DNA of 64,000 bases, from NCBI GenBank assembly GCA_017512485.1, contig JAFWGE010000032.1:36721-100720 (forward strand), given 5' to 3'. The stretch is from Oscillospiraceae bacterium. GTDB taxonomy: Bacteria; Bacillota; Clostridia; Oscillospirales; Oscillospiraceae. Made by a program: the position numbers and the translations under genes. Positions 40,729 to 50,244 of this stretch are shown here, one piece after another. A model generated the notes under the pieces. That model did no database searches. It worked only from the letters and a program-made list of their open reading frames with translations, and was not told the DNA's origin. Numbering within the stretch: the stretch's first letter is position 1; the number at the start of each line of letters is the position of its first letter.

Positions 40729-43152
40729 TCAGTCCACAATCTGTTCCATGGCGAACGCTTCGATCACGTCGCCCTCCTTGATGTCGTTATACTTTTCTAT
40801 CCCCATGCCGCACTCATATCCGGCGGATACTTCCTTGACATCGTCCTTGAAGCGGCGCAAAGACGCGAGGTCTCCCTCGTAAACGACCACGTTGTCCCTC
40901 AGGACCCGGACCTTTGACCCGCGGAGTATCTTGCCTTCACGTACATAGCACCCGGCCACGGAGCCCACACCGGAGACCTTGTAGACCATACGTATCTCGG
41001 CGCTACCGACGAATACCTCTTTGTACTTGGGCGCCAGCATGCCTTTTATCGCTGCCTGCATCTCCTCGATGCACTCATAAATTACGCGGTAGAGCTTTAT
41101 CTGGACCTCGTTCCTGGCCGCGGATTCCCTTGCCGCGGCGTCAGGCCTGACGTTGAAGCCTACGATTATGGCGTTGGAAGTGGACGCCAGCATGATATCG
41201 GATTCGGAAATGGCCCCGACACCGCTGTGTATGACTTTCACCCGGACTTCCTGGTTCGAGAGTTTTTCCAGATTCATGCGGACGGCCTCGACGGAGCCCT
41301 GTACGTCCGCCTTGACGATTATATTGAGATCCTTGATCTGCCCCTCCTGGATCTGGGCAAACAGGTCTTCCAGGGTGACCTTCGCGACGCCTTTGCTGTT
41401 GGCGTCTTTCTCTTCCTGTTTTCTCTGCTGCACGAGGTCTCTGGCCATACGCTCATCAGCCACAGCGTAAAACCTGTCTCCGGCACCGGGGACCTCGTCC
41501 ATTCCTATTATCTCCACCGGCACGGATGGACCCGCGGAGGCTATCTTGCGGCCGGTGTCGTCCGTCATAGCCCTTACCCTTCCGACGGCCGTGCCCGCTA
41601 TTATGATATCGCCTTGTTTCAGCGTGCCGTTCTGAACGAGGACCGTTGTGACAGGGCCCCTGCCCTTGTCCAGCCTGGCCTCCACCACGGTACCCTGGGC
41701 TGCCCTGTTGGGGTTCGCCTTGAGTTCCGCCATCTCGGCGGTCAGCGTCACCATCTCCAGAAGTCCGTCTATGCCCTCGCCCGTAAGAGCGGACACAGGG
41801 CATATGACCGTGTCACCGCCCCATTCCTCGGGGAGCAGGCCGTACTCGGTGAGCTGCTGTTTTATCCTTTCGGGGTTGGCCCCCGGTTTGTCCATTTTGT
41901 TTATTGCTACGATGATCGTAACGTTTGCGGCCTTGGCGTGGTTTATGGCCTCTATGGTCTGGGGCATGATGCCGTCATCCGCCGCCACCACGAGGATGGC
42001 TATATCCGTGATCATTGCGCCTCTGGCGCGCATGGCGGTAAAGGCCTCATGTCCGGGGGTGTCCAAAAAAGTGATGTTGGAGCCGTTGACACTGACCTGG
42101 TAAGCGCCGATATGCTGTGTGATTCCGCCGGCCTCGCCGGAGGCCACGTGCGTCTTTCTTATATAGTCCAGAAGGGACGTCTTTCCATGATCGACGTGCC
42201 CCATGACCACAACGACCGGGCTCCTGGCCACAAGATCCTTTTCCTCGTCCACACTGTCGTCTATCAGTTTCTCCTCTATGCTGTAGACGACCTCTTTTTC
42301 CACCTTACAGCCCATCTCCATGGCTGCCAGCGCTGCGGTATCGTAATCTATTATCTCGGACAGGGACGCCATTATCCCCATCTTCATCAGCTGTTTGACC
42401 ACCTGGGCGCCTGTCTTTTTCATCCTGACAGCCAGCTCGCCCACGGATATCTCATCGGGTATCATGACTTTCAGCGGGGTCTTCTTTATCACCTCGAGCT
42501 GGAGACGCCGTATCTTGTCCTGCTCCTCCTGCCGGCGCTTGTTGCTGTAGTTCTGGTTCTTCCGCTGTGAACCGGATTTGATCCGCTGCTTGCCGGGCTG
42601 GTATTTGTTGGCGCTCTGCGGTACAAGGCTGTCCGCATGGTCGTCGTATCTGCCGGTATTTACCGTTGTGCTGCGGGTATCCACCACCCTGCGTTCCCTG
42701 ACCCTCGGCTTTTCCTGGGTCTTCTGCTGACCGGGTTTCTGGGACTGGTTCTGCTGGTTCTGCTGCTGGGCCGGCTTTTTATGAGCTGCGTTCGCGTCCC
42801 GGGTCTGTGCGGGCTGTTCTGCACGTTCTGCCTTGGGCGGGGGGGCGCCCTCCGGCGACGCGGCTGCCTCCTGAATGTTCTCCTGCTGAACCTGCTCCTC
42901 CTCAACGGCGGCGGGGGTCTCTTTCGGGGCAGGCTGTTCCTGCTTCGCGGTCTCAAACACCTGCTCTATGCTCTCTATCTGGTTGTGCTGGGTGATATAG
43001 TCAAACAGATAGTTGAGCTCCGCGTCCGTAAGTACCTGCATATGGTTCTTCGGAGTTTCACCCTTCTGCGCCATGATGGTCATTATGTCTTTGGACTGCA
43101 TGCCAAAGTCTTTGGCCACCTCATGTATCCTGTATTTTATAATTCCGCTCAT
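40729..43152 (-). CDS. infB: Translation initiation factor IF-2
   Basis: [18 protein letters not shown]-motifs and an N-terminal low-complexity Q/P/E/K region. ATG 43152 has GGGAGGG upstream (the track ORF starts at 43170). Confidence 0.95.
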   Translation of the reverse strand: MSGIIKYRIHEVAKDFGMQSKDIMTIMAQKGETPKNHMQVLTDAELNYLFDYITQHNQIESIEQVFETAKQEQPAPKETPAAVEEEQVQQENIQEAAASPEGAPPPKAERAEQPAQTRDANAAHKKPAQQQNQQNQSQKPGQQKTQEKPRVRERRVVDTRSTTVNTGRYDDHADSLVPQSANKYQPGKQRIKSGSQRKNQNYSNKRRQEEQDKIRRLQLEVIKKTPLKVMIPDEISVGELAVRMKKTGAQVVKQLMKMGIMASLSEIIDYDTAALAAMEMGCKVEKEVVYSIEEKLIDDSVDEEKDLVARSPVVVVMGHVDHGKTSLLDYIRKTHVASGEAGGITQHIGAYQVSVNGSNITFLDTPGHEAFTAMRARGAMITDIAILVVAADDGIMPQTIEAINHAKAANVTIIVAINKMDKPGANPERIKQQLTEYGLLPEEWGGDTVICPVSALTGEGIDGLLEMVTLTAEMAELKANPNRAAQGTVVEARLDKGRGPVTTVLVQNGTLKQGDIIIAGTAVGRVRAMTDDTGRKIASAGPSVPVEIIGMDEVPGAGDRFYAVADERMARDLVQQRKQEEKDANSKGVAKVTLEDLFAQIQEGQIKDLNIIVKADVQGSVEAVRMNLEKLSNQEVRVKVIHSGVGAISESDIMLASTSNAIIVGFNVRPDAAARESAARNEVQIKLYRVIYECIEEMQAAIKGMLAPKYKEVFVGSAEIRMVYKVSGVGSVAGCYVREGKILRGSKVRVLRDNVVVYEGDLASLRRFKDDVKEVSAGYECGMGIEKYNDIKEGDVIEAFAMEQIVD

Positions 43153-43216
43153 AAAAACCCTCCCCCGCATTTGAGCATCCGGCTGTGGGATGCCCGGTCG
43201 AGACCGGACGGGCCGG

Positions 43217-43891
43217 TCAGTTCTCCTTTTTACCGGACTTCTTTCCGGGCTTCTTCTGTTTTCGCTGCTCTATCCTCTCCGACGTCTGGCGGAGCTGCTG
43301 CGCACACTGGGCATACTTTTCGGCGTCGTCCCTCTCGAGGCTGCGGGCAACCGCTGCCGCCAGGCCGAGATCGCATACGGCGCATACGGCGCAGATGCCC
43401 TTCCCCAGGGCTCCTCCCAGCTCTTCCTTGGTAAACGGGGAGACCGCATACGCTATCTGTGTCTGTGAAAGGGCGGAGGTTATCCTTTTTGCCGTGTTGG
43501 ACGCCGCGTCGGAAGCCAGGAGCACGAGCCTGGCTTTCCTGCTCTCCACGCAGGACAGGACGGATTCTTCTCCGATCTCGATCTTCCCCGCTTTCCGGGA
43601 GATCGACAGCATTCTCAGAGCCTCTGACATATTCTCTCCCAATTCCTCCGCAAAAGACGCGTATACCTCGTCGGGCACCGGGGCCGAGAAGGCTCTCTCA
43701 AACGCCTTCGACTTCTTTGCTTTGGCAAAGCACTCGCTCCTGGGACATATGTACGCCCCCCTGCCGGGGCTGTGCCCGTTGAGATCTAAGGACACTTCCC
43801 CCTCAGGGGACCTCACCACCCGAATAAGCTCTCTTTTCGGCCGCATTTCGCGGCATCCCAGGCACTGCCGCATGGGAACTTTCTTTATCAC
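43217..43891 (-). CDS. Fusion of YlxR/RnpM (DUF448) with an L7Ae-family YlxQ-like domain
   Basis: N-terminal half [21 protein letters not shown]...GRGAYIC (YlxR). Second half [17 protein letters not shown]...[15 protein letters not shown] (L7Ae-like). No stop between the two halves. GTG 43891 follows GGAGGGA by 6 nt. Confidence 0.8.
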   Translation of the reverse strand: MIKKVPMRQCLGCREMRPKRELIRVVRSPEGEVSLDLNGHSPGRGAYICPRSECFAKAKKSKAFERAFSAPVPDEVYASFAEELGENMSEALRMLSISRKAGKIEIGEESVLSCVESRKARLVLLASDAASNTAKRITSALSQTQIAYAVSPFTKEELGGALGKGICAVCAVCDLGLAAAVARSLERDDAEKYAQCAQQLRQTSERIEQRKQKKPGKKSGKKEN

Positions 43892-43910
43892 GGGCGATCC
43901 CTCCAATCTG

Positions 43911-44954
43911 TCAGGAGGTCTTGATATCTATCTTATAGCCCGTAAGCCTGGCGGCGAGGCGGGCGTTCTGCCCCTCTTTTCCTATGGAGAGGGACAACTG
44001 ATCCTCCGGTACGATGACCTGGCAGCTCCGGCCCTCTTCGCCGACCGTCACGCTTATGACGTCGGCCGGGGCAAGGGCGGCGGCGACGTATTCCGCGGGA
44101 TCCTCGCTGTATTTTATGATATCTACCTTTTCCCCTCTGAGCTCGTCCACTACCGCTCCGACACGTCCACCCTTCGGTCCTACGCAGGCGCCTACAGGAT
44201 CTACGTCTTCCCTGTTGGACCATACCGCTATTTTGGACCTGCTGCCGGGTTCGCGGGAGATGCTTTTTATCTCGACTATCCCGTCGCTGATCTCCGGAAC
44301 TTCCAGTTCAAACAGGCGCTTCACAAGGCCGGGATGGGACCTGGAGACCAGTATCTGTGGGCCGTGGTAAGAACGCCTCACTTCCAGGACGTACACTTTA
44401 ACCATGCTGCCTTCCGGCAGCTCCTCGTACTGGCAGCGCTCATTGGCGGTAAGCAGCGCCTCGGATCTGTCTGTCCCGCTGCCCACTTCAAGGATGATAT
44501 TCCCGGTACGGGGGTCTTCTCTCAGCACGGTGGCGGAGAGCAGCTCATGTTCTTTTGACGTGAACTGGTCAAAAACCATTCCGCGCTCCGCTTCGCGGAT
44601 GCCCTGGATAATGACCTGCTTCGCGGTCTGGGCGGCGATCCTTCCGAGTTTTTTGGTCTCTACGGGAATGTTGACCACATCCCCTTCCCTGGCCCCGGGC
44701 ATCAGCTTGTCCGCCGCTTCCACGGATATCTGGACCGCGGGATTCTCCACGTCGGAAACGACCTCTTTGGATACGTAGAGGTTGATCTCCTTCTTCCCCT
44801 CGTTTATATCAACGAACAGGTTATCCGCTTCTCCCATATTATCGCGTTTGTACGCGGTTACGAGAGCCTGAGATATTTTTTCCAGCATATACTCTTTGGG
44901 TATACCTTTTTCCTTTTCTATGGCGTCAAGCGCTTCAAAAAACTCGGCGTTCAT
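43911..44954 (-). CDS. nusA: Transcription termination/antitermination factor NusA
   Basis: About 347 aa with N-terminal, S1 and two KH domains. ATG 44954 lies 8 nt after AAGGAG. Confidence 0.95.
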   Translation of the reverse strand: MNAEFFEALDAIEKEKGIPKEYMLEKISQALVTAYKRDNMGEADNLFVDINEGKKEINLYVSKEVVSDVENPAVQISVEAADKLMPGAREGDVVNIPVETKKLGRIAAQTAKQVIIQGIREAERGMVFDQFTSKEHELLSATVLREDPRTGNIILEVGSGTDRSEALLTANERCQYEELPEGSMVKVYVLEVRRSYHGPQILVSRSHPGLVKRLFELEVPEISDGIVEIKSISREPGSRSKIAVWSNREDVDPVGACVGPKGGRVGAVVDELRGEKVDIIKYSEDPAEYVAAALAPADVISVTVGEEGRSCQVIVPEDQLSLSIGKEGQNARLAARLTGYKIDIKTS

Positions 44955-44966
44955 TATCAATGCTCC

Positions 44967-45419
44967 TTAAAAATCTATTCTCAGGCGGACCGAAGAATAT
45001 TCCTTTTTTTCGAAATGCCGGACCGTATCCCCCACGGAAACGTCTATATCTCCGTCCGTATATGAAAGCAGCTTCCCCGGGTATTCTTTCCGGCCGTCCA
45101 CGGCGGAATACAGCTTTACCAGCACGTCCCTGCCTATACACCTTTCAAAATCCCGCGGCTTTTTCAGCCGTCTCTCCGCTCCCGCGGAAGACACTTCAAA
45201 GATATAGCTGTCCTGGATCACGTCCAGCTCGTCCAGCATGGGGTCGAGGACAACGCTTATTGCCTCGCAATCCTGTATCGATACCCCGCCCTCTTTGTCT
45301 ATATATACGCGCAGGTACCTCTCGGAGCCCTCTTTGACGTACTCGACGTCCCACAGTTCACAACCGTGTTCTGCGGCAACGGGACCGGCTATCTTTTCCA
45401 CTTCGTCAACTATTCGCAA
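44967..45419 (-). CDS. rimP: Ribosome maturation factor RimP
   Basis: 150 aa with a TTG start preceded by GGGGAGAG. Typical ...GCELWDVEYVKEG...LRVYID pattern and operon position. Confidence 0.9.
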   Translation of the reverse strand: MRIVDEVEKIAGPVAAEHGCELWDVEYVKEGSERYLRVYIDKEGGVSIQDCEAISVVLDPMLDELDVIQDSYIFEVSSAGAERRLKKPRDFERCIGRDVLVKLYSAVDGRKEYPGKLLSYTDGDIDVSVGDTVRHFEKKEYSSVRLRIDF

Positions 45420-45453
45420 ATCACGCTCTCCCCAGGCAAACTGTCCATCTCAA

Positions 45454-45478
45454 CAAAAAGAGTGGGAAACCCCACTCT
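45454..45478 (-). terminator. Terminator-like hairpin in the leader of the rimP-nusA-infB operon (candidate attenuator)
   Basis: Minus strand reads AGAGTGGG-GTTT-CCCACTCT followed by TTTTTG. It ends about 35 nt upstream of the rimP start and lies downstream of the predicted promoter. Confidence 0.5.
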
Positions 45479-45515
45479 TCCTGTCAAACACTTCATACTT
45501 GCATACCGTGTATGG

Positions 45516-45544
45516 ATGGTATCACATTTTTGCGGCGTTTGCAA
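45516..45544 (-). promoter_or_regulatory. Candidate sigma-A promoter of the rimP operon
   Basis: Minus strand reads TTGCAA - 17 nt - TACCAT, with TG one nt upstream of the -10 (TGATACCAT). Confidence 0.4.
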
Positions 45545-45774
45545 GTATATTTTTGGTATTATACTTATATAACCTTACAGTTTTTCATTTATTTGCCAAC
45601 ATGACCCGAAACTTTATGCCCCGGCCTATGGATCCGTATCCTCTCCGCCCCGCCTCCGCGGGTGCCGGGAGGCCCCGCGGGTAAAACGCACCCGCAGGAA
45701 ATCCCGCGCCCAAATGATCTCAAAGCGGTTGAGTATGTGCGGTTATTATAGTATATTTATCGCAGGTGATGATA

Positions 45775-46437
45775 ATGTTTCCGTTCGAACGATTCTCCGA
45801 GGTCATCGTATTTGATGTGGAGACTACGGGGCTGAACGCCCACAGGGACAGCATTATAGAGTTCGGCGCGGTAAAAGCCGCCCCGGACGGTTCCGTACGG
45901 GAAACAGACCTTTTGATACGGCTGCGGGAAGGGCAAAAGCTGCCCGCCGAAATAACCCGCCTTACAGGGATCACAGCGGAAGCGCTCCTCCGTGACGGAA
46001 CCGACGCGGAGACCGCCGCGCAAAGAATATCCAACCTGATCTCAGGGCCTTCCACACTGCTGGCCGCCTACAACGCCCAGTTCGATCTGTGTTTCCTGTA
46101 CTTTTTCCTCCAACGTTTCGGGCTTGAGAGATGCCTTAAAGACGTAAAAATGCTGGATCTTCTCACGGTATACAAGGACAGAAGACCCTACCCCCACAAG
46201 CTAAGCGACGCCGTTTCATCTTACTGTCTCAGCGCACGCGGCACTCACCGTGCCGCAGACGACGCGGCCGCCGCGTGGGAACTGCTCCGTGCGATGCACG
46301 GGGAGCGTTCCGATCTGGACCTGTATATAAATCTGTTTGGCTACAATCCCCGATACGGAGTTTCCGGGCCGAGGATATCATCTGTCACTTACAGGGCCCA
46401 GCGTTTTAATCCGGTCAGGAAGCTTTATGAAGAATAA
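45775..46437 (+). CDS. DEDDh 3'-5' exonuclease (DnaQ/PolIII epsilon-like)
   Basis: VIVFDVETTGL (ExoI), SIIEFGAV, and HRAADDA (ExoIII, DEDDh His). ATG 45775 follows AGGTGA; the track ORF starts at GTG 45766. Confidence 0.85.
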   Translation: MFPFERFSEVIVFDVETTGLNAHRDSIIEFGAVKAAPDGSVRETDLLIRLREGQKLPAEITRLTGITAEALLRDGTDAETAAQRISNLISGPSTLLAAYNAQFDLCFLYFFLQRFGLERCLKDVKMLDLLTVYKDRRPYPHKLSDAVSSYCLSARGTHRAADDAAAAWELLRAMHGERSDLDLYINLFGYNPRYGVSGPRISSVTYRAQRFNPVRKLYEE

Positions 46438-46551
46438 TCGGGGCTGGCAGCGCAGCTGAACGCTCCAGCCGCACAGTCAGGCTTCGGGGATACGATCCTG
46501 CCCTGCGGGGCACGGTTTTTATTTCAGACCAATTATAACAGGAGGCGCAGG

Positions 46552-46998
46552 ATGGCAAAGAAAGTAGGAACTCTCATCAAAGAGGCGCGCACGGGCGCCG
46601 GGTTCACCCAGGAACAGCTGGCGCGGAAGATAAAAGGGCTCTCTGCCTCGGATATCAGCAAAGCCGAGCGCGGCGAAAAGGACCTCACGCAGGATCAGCT
46701 CAAGGCCATCGCCAAAGCCACGGGCGTCACACAGAAATCGCTTCTGGACGCGGCCAAAGGGAAGAAGACTTCATCGTCTTCCCCGTCTTCCTCCGGAAAG
46801 ACTTCCATAAAAGTGACCGCCGCGGAGAAGAGGCTGGTGGAACTCTACCGTCAGGCGGATTCCAAGACCAGGTCAGCCGCCGTAAAAATGCTCAAAGAAG
46901 GGGAAAACGGGGTCGTATCCGGAGACAACGGGATATTGGGGAATCTCCTGGACTCCGCCATCGACGCCCTTACAGGAAGCGGGAAAAAAGAAATGTGA
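46552..46998 (+). CDS. XRE-family helix-turn-helix protein with a Ser-rich linker and C-terminal extension
   Basis: 148 aa. HTH IKEARTGAGFTQEQLARKI...SDISKAERGEK. GGAGG upstream. Confidence 0.8.
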   Translation: MAKKVGTLIKEARTGAGFTQEQLARKIKGLSASDISKAERGEKDLTQDQLKAIAKATGVTQKSLLDAAKGKKTSSSSPSSSGKTSIKVTAAEKRLVELYRQADSKTRSAAVKMLKEGENGVVSGDNGILGNLLDSAIDALTGSGKKEM

Positions 46999-47201
46999 CT
47001 CCCCCTTCCCCGACCGGGGGAGGCTTTTCAGCACAGGGCACGAACAAAAACAAGGCCGCGTGAGCGGTCCTGTTTCTTTCCGTGCGTACGGGCGGCTGCT
47101 GTTTCATGCGGCGTACGGCGAGCCGTGTCGCCCCGGTATAGGTACATGTGAAAAAGGTAGGACCTATCTTCTGTTCTACGCCATCCGTCTGAAGGGTCTC
47201 T

Positions 47202-47763
47202 ATGCATGCAGCGGAATACAGAGTGTTCTTTCCGCCGCGTCGGAAGGAAACTGCTCCCGCGCCGCCGGACTGCTCCATATCAGCCGGCCCGCCCTGTCGC
47301 GTCAGATAAAGGAGCCGGAGGATCACCTGGGCGTTGCTTTGTTTGTCCGGAACATCCGGCAGATGAGTCTCACCCCCGACGGTATACGTTTGCGCATACA
47401 CGCCCGGGAGATCGTCACCGAAGAGCTTTTCATTTCCCTGCAACGCTTCACGACCGGCGCCTTACTGCCCGGCTGAGAAGAAAGATCAGGCAGTTGCATA
47501 TAACAGCCGCATATAGTATTCTGTATAATACCGCGCAGCCGCTTAAGAGCGGGATAGGCGCGGCGCTTACCGTGGACCGCATAGTTAGGTGCAGCGACTA
47601 AAACGGGCTGTGTTTTGTACCCCTTGGACCGGCACTCAGGACGAGGACTTTTTTTGCGCGGCTAAAAGACAGGGGCCTCTCTCACACAGCCGAATCATTC
47701 CTTGAATTCTTCAGGGAGTACTATCCGACTATGGAACAGGAAATAATGGGAGCCCTCAAATGA
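47202..47763 (+). pseudogene. LysR-family regulator relic (frameshift, internal deletion, in-frame stop)
   Basis: The HTH is split over two frames: MHAAEYRVF, then SAASEGNCSRAAGLLHISRPALSRQIKEPEDHLGVALFVR. The C-terminal pieces (...GIGAALTVDRIV, TAA at 47599, then GLCFVPLGPAL...AESFLEFFREY) sit only about 350 nt later. About 185 codons remain versus about 300 for a full LysR. Confidence 0.6.
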
Positions 47764-48062
47764 ATCAAAAAGAAGCGGATGCATTTATACAAGCGCTGAA
47801 CAACGGCGCCGACGTCAGGTTCGTGTTCCGGGAAACAAGGTTTTATATCGAATGCTGGCAGGAGGACGGGGAGTCGTTTCTGTCCCTTTCCCGCTACAGG
47901 ATCTATCACGCCGAGGAACGCCTTGAGCAGTTCTGGGAATGCTCCGCCCCTTCCCCGGCGCTGTGCGCGGAAAAGTTCCTGAGCGCCGGACTGTGGGGCG
48001 GCAGGTCCTTCCGCGAAGCCCGGGACGAGTTTTTATTCTCCGACGCCGGGGGGGCGGAATAA
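47760..48062 (+). CDS. Hypothetical 100-aa protein
   Basis: The ORF's ATG overlaps the LysR-relic stop (ATGA). No motif recognised. Confidence 0.4.
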   Translation: MNQKEADAFIQALNNGADVRFVFRETRFYIECWQEDGESFLSLSRYRIYHAEERLEQFWECSAPSPALCAEKFLSAGLWGGRSFREARDEFLFSDAGGAE

Positions 48063-48232
48063 ATACCTCTCCCCGCCTCTTCATGCCGTTCACCTTTTTT
48101 CTTGTCGACCTTGACGATGGCAGATCTGAATGGTATCTTATTATTGGTTAAAAATGTTATAAACCATCACGGCAGATACAGGTCTGCCGTGCCGTATCAA
48201 GTACGTCAGAGATAATACGAGAGGTGAACTTC

Positions 48233-49963
48233 ATGAAAAAAACAAATCTGTTTGCTCCACTGAACAAGATGCCTTTTACCACGGCGGGCTCAAAATTCAC
48301 TCTCAGCACCACAAACGGAGGAGACGACTCTTTCGGCTATGGCAAACTGGTACTGGGAACGAACCACAGCGGCGGCCGCAACAGGAAATGCAAATTTTTC
48401 CGTGTACAGCTCACGTACAAGGGCAGGCTCATTCCCTGCGCGTATACCTCCACTCCCACGGAACTCAGGATGGAATCCGATTACGGCTGCGTGAAATTCT
48501 GCTATCCCGAACCGCACCTGCTCTGCTTCAAGGGCGAGGGTGACGTCGGGCTTCGCATTTACGGCCCTATGGGACCCCAGCACGAATCCTGCAGGGATAT
48601 GCTGGACGGCACGTGGCAGATATGCTGGACCAGCATGAACAACTGGCTGTTCGTGCCGATCAGCGGAAAGTTCACCATGGACGCCCCCTATGACTACGTG
48701 GGCACCCAGTCAAAATACATATGCGCAGATTACGAAAAGGACGGCGACACCCCGTTTGAGGGTATAATCGAAGAGTCCGCCCTCTACGCACAGCGCCGCC
48801 CCTCCTACCCCAGCTACGAGCAGGGCCTGAAAGATTCCACCGACCGCTTCAACGCGTTCCTTGAGAACACCGCCCCCTGCGGCGGAGTGTCGGACGAGTT
48901 CCGCACGCTGGCTGCGTGGGTCGCATGGACCCACATCGCCTACCCCGAGAAACACAATAATTACCGCTACACGATGATCCGCAGCCAGCAGGAGTGCATG
49001 CCCTTCGCCATGGCATGGCACCAGTATTACCACGCATGCACATTCCGCAAGGACAAGGAACTGGTGTGGGAGTTCATTCAGAGCCTGTTCGCCCACATCC
49101 GCGAAGACGGCATGCTGCCCGATTCCGTAAACGATGACAGCTGCCAGTTCAACGGCTGCAAACCTCCCATCCAGGGCTTCTCATTTATATGGCTCATGGA
49201 TCACACCGATATCTTTGAGGGGGAGAACGAGCGCATCGCCCCCCTGGCCGACAAACTGGAGCAGAACCTGGGCTGGTGGATGCGCACCCATGACCTGGAC
49301 CACAACGGCATACCCGAGTACCAGCACTCCGATGAATCCGGCCTGGACGACAGTTCCGCCTTCAAGGCCCCTCCCATAGAGAGCCCCGACCTGGTTGCAT
49401 ATATGGCTATGGGCTATGAGGCGCTGAGCCGTTTCAGGAAGATGCTGGGCGACGAAGCCGCCGCCGAAAAGCATATGGCCAGCTCAAAAGCCCTGCTGGA
49501 CTACCTGGTAAACAAGATGTGGGACGGAGAGAAGTTCACTGTCCGCGCCGTACGCACCGGCGAGCTGATCGACACCTGGTCTATAATGATCTATCTGCCT
49601 GCCATCCTCGGCAAGAGGCTCCCCGAAAACATCCGCGAGAAGCTCTGCGCCGACATAATGAATGAGGACATGTATCTGGCCCCCACCGGCATCCGCACAG
49701 AGAGCGCCTCAAGCTTTGACTATGCCGGCCTGTGGACTCTGGGCGCCGTTATTCCTCCCATACAATTCATCGTCTGCACCGGTCTTGACGCTTGCGGCCA
49801 CCCCGAATTCGCCGCGGAGGCCACCCGCAGATACGTGAAGTTCCTCACCGACGACGGTTTCGATATAGGCGACTGCACTGACAACCGTCTGTGGCTGCAT
49901 GACCTTTGGTGCAGCTGGACTGCCTCCATTGGTCTTTTCCTCGGCACCTGGTTCCTCAAATAA
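48233..49963 (+). CDS. (alpha/alpha)6-barrel glycoside hydrolase, GH63/MGH1-like
   Basis: About 576 aa. The acidic motif EYQHSDESGLDDSSAF resembles the ESG(M/W)D(N/D)S catalytic region of the GH63/GH37 clan. ATG 48233 follows GAGAGGTG. Confidence 0.65.
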   Translation: MKKTNLFAPLNKMPFTTAGSKFTLSTTNGGDDSFGYGKLVLGTNHSGGRNRKCKFFRVQLTYKGRLIPCAYTSTPTELRMESDYGCVKFCYPEPHLLCFKGEGDVGLRIYGPMGPQHESCRDMLDGTWQICWTSMNNWLFVPISGKFTMDAPYDYVGTQSKYICADYEKDGDTPFEGIIEESALYAQRRPSYPSYEQGLKDSTDRFNAFLENTAPCGGVSDEFRTLAAWVAWTHIAYPEKHNNYRYTMIRSQQECMPFAMAWHQYYHACTFRKDKELVWEFIQSLFAHIREDGMLPDSVNDDSCQFNGCKPPIQGFSFIWLMDHTDIFEGENERIAPLADKLEQNLGWWMRTHDLDHNGIPEYQHSDESGLDDSSAFKAPPIESPDLVAYMAMGYEALSRFRKMLGDEAAAEKHMASSKALLDYLVNKMWDGEKFTVRAVRTGELIDTWSIMIYLPAILGKRLPENIREKLCADIMNEDMYLAPTGIRTESASSFDYAGLWTLGAVIPPIQFIVCTGLDACGHPEFAAEATRRYVKFLTDDGFDIGDCTDNRLWLHDLWCSWTASIGLFLGTWFLK

Positions 49964-50187
49964 ACCGCTGCAAAGGGAATGGTCTCCACGGAGGATCCTG
50001 AGCATATCCCAAATGAGGTGAAGAAAGCGGGCAAGCCCGTGCCCACCGGAGAAACCGCAGCGCATACCGGCTCTGACATATGTCCGGTGGACAGGGTATT
50101 CGCCGTATGAAAAAAGACGGCTGCACCGTATCCCCGGTGCGCCGCAAATGGGGACCCGCTCAGAAATAATACTCCCGATACAGCAGG

Positions 50188-50230
50188 GGCCGCCGCGGAA
50201 CGCTTCCGTTCCACGGCGGCCTCTTCTTTT
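50188..50230 (+). terminator. Strong plus-strand rho-independent terminator about 225 nt beyond the hydrolase stop
   Basis: GGCCGCCGCGGAACG-CTTC-CGTTCCACGGCGGCC followed by TCTTCTTTT. Confidence 0.55.
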
Positions 50231-50244
50231 CTGTATCGTCCCCG

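Noticed and set aside
42560-43152. Low-complexity Q/P/E/K-rich DNA at the 5' end of infB and its overlapping ORFs (42637-43434 +, 42660-42956 -) as repeats or a separate gene
   Set aside because: Disordered, compositionally biased N-terminal regions are normal for IF-2. The overlapping ORFs are frame artefacts.
47060-47476. The 138-aa track ORF as a genuine gene
   Set aside because: Its first half has no protein-like features. Its second half is the out-of-context LysR HTH, which is better explained as part of the frameshifted LysR relic.
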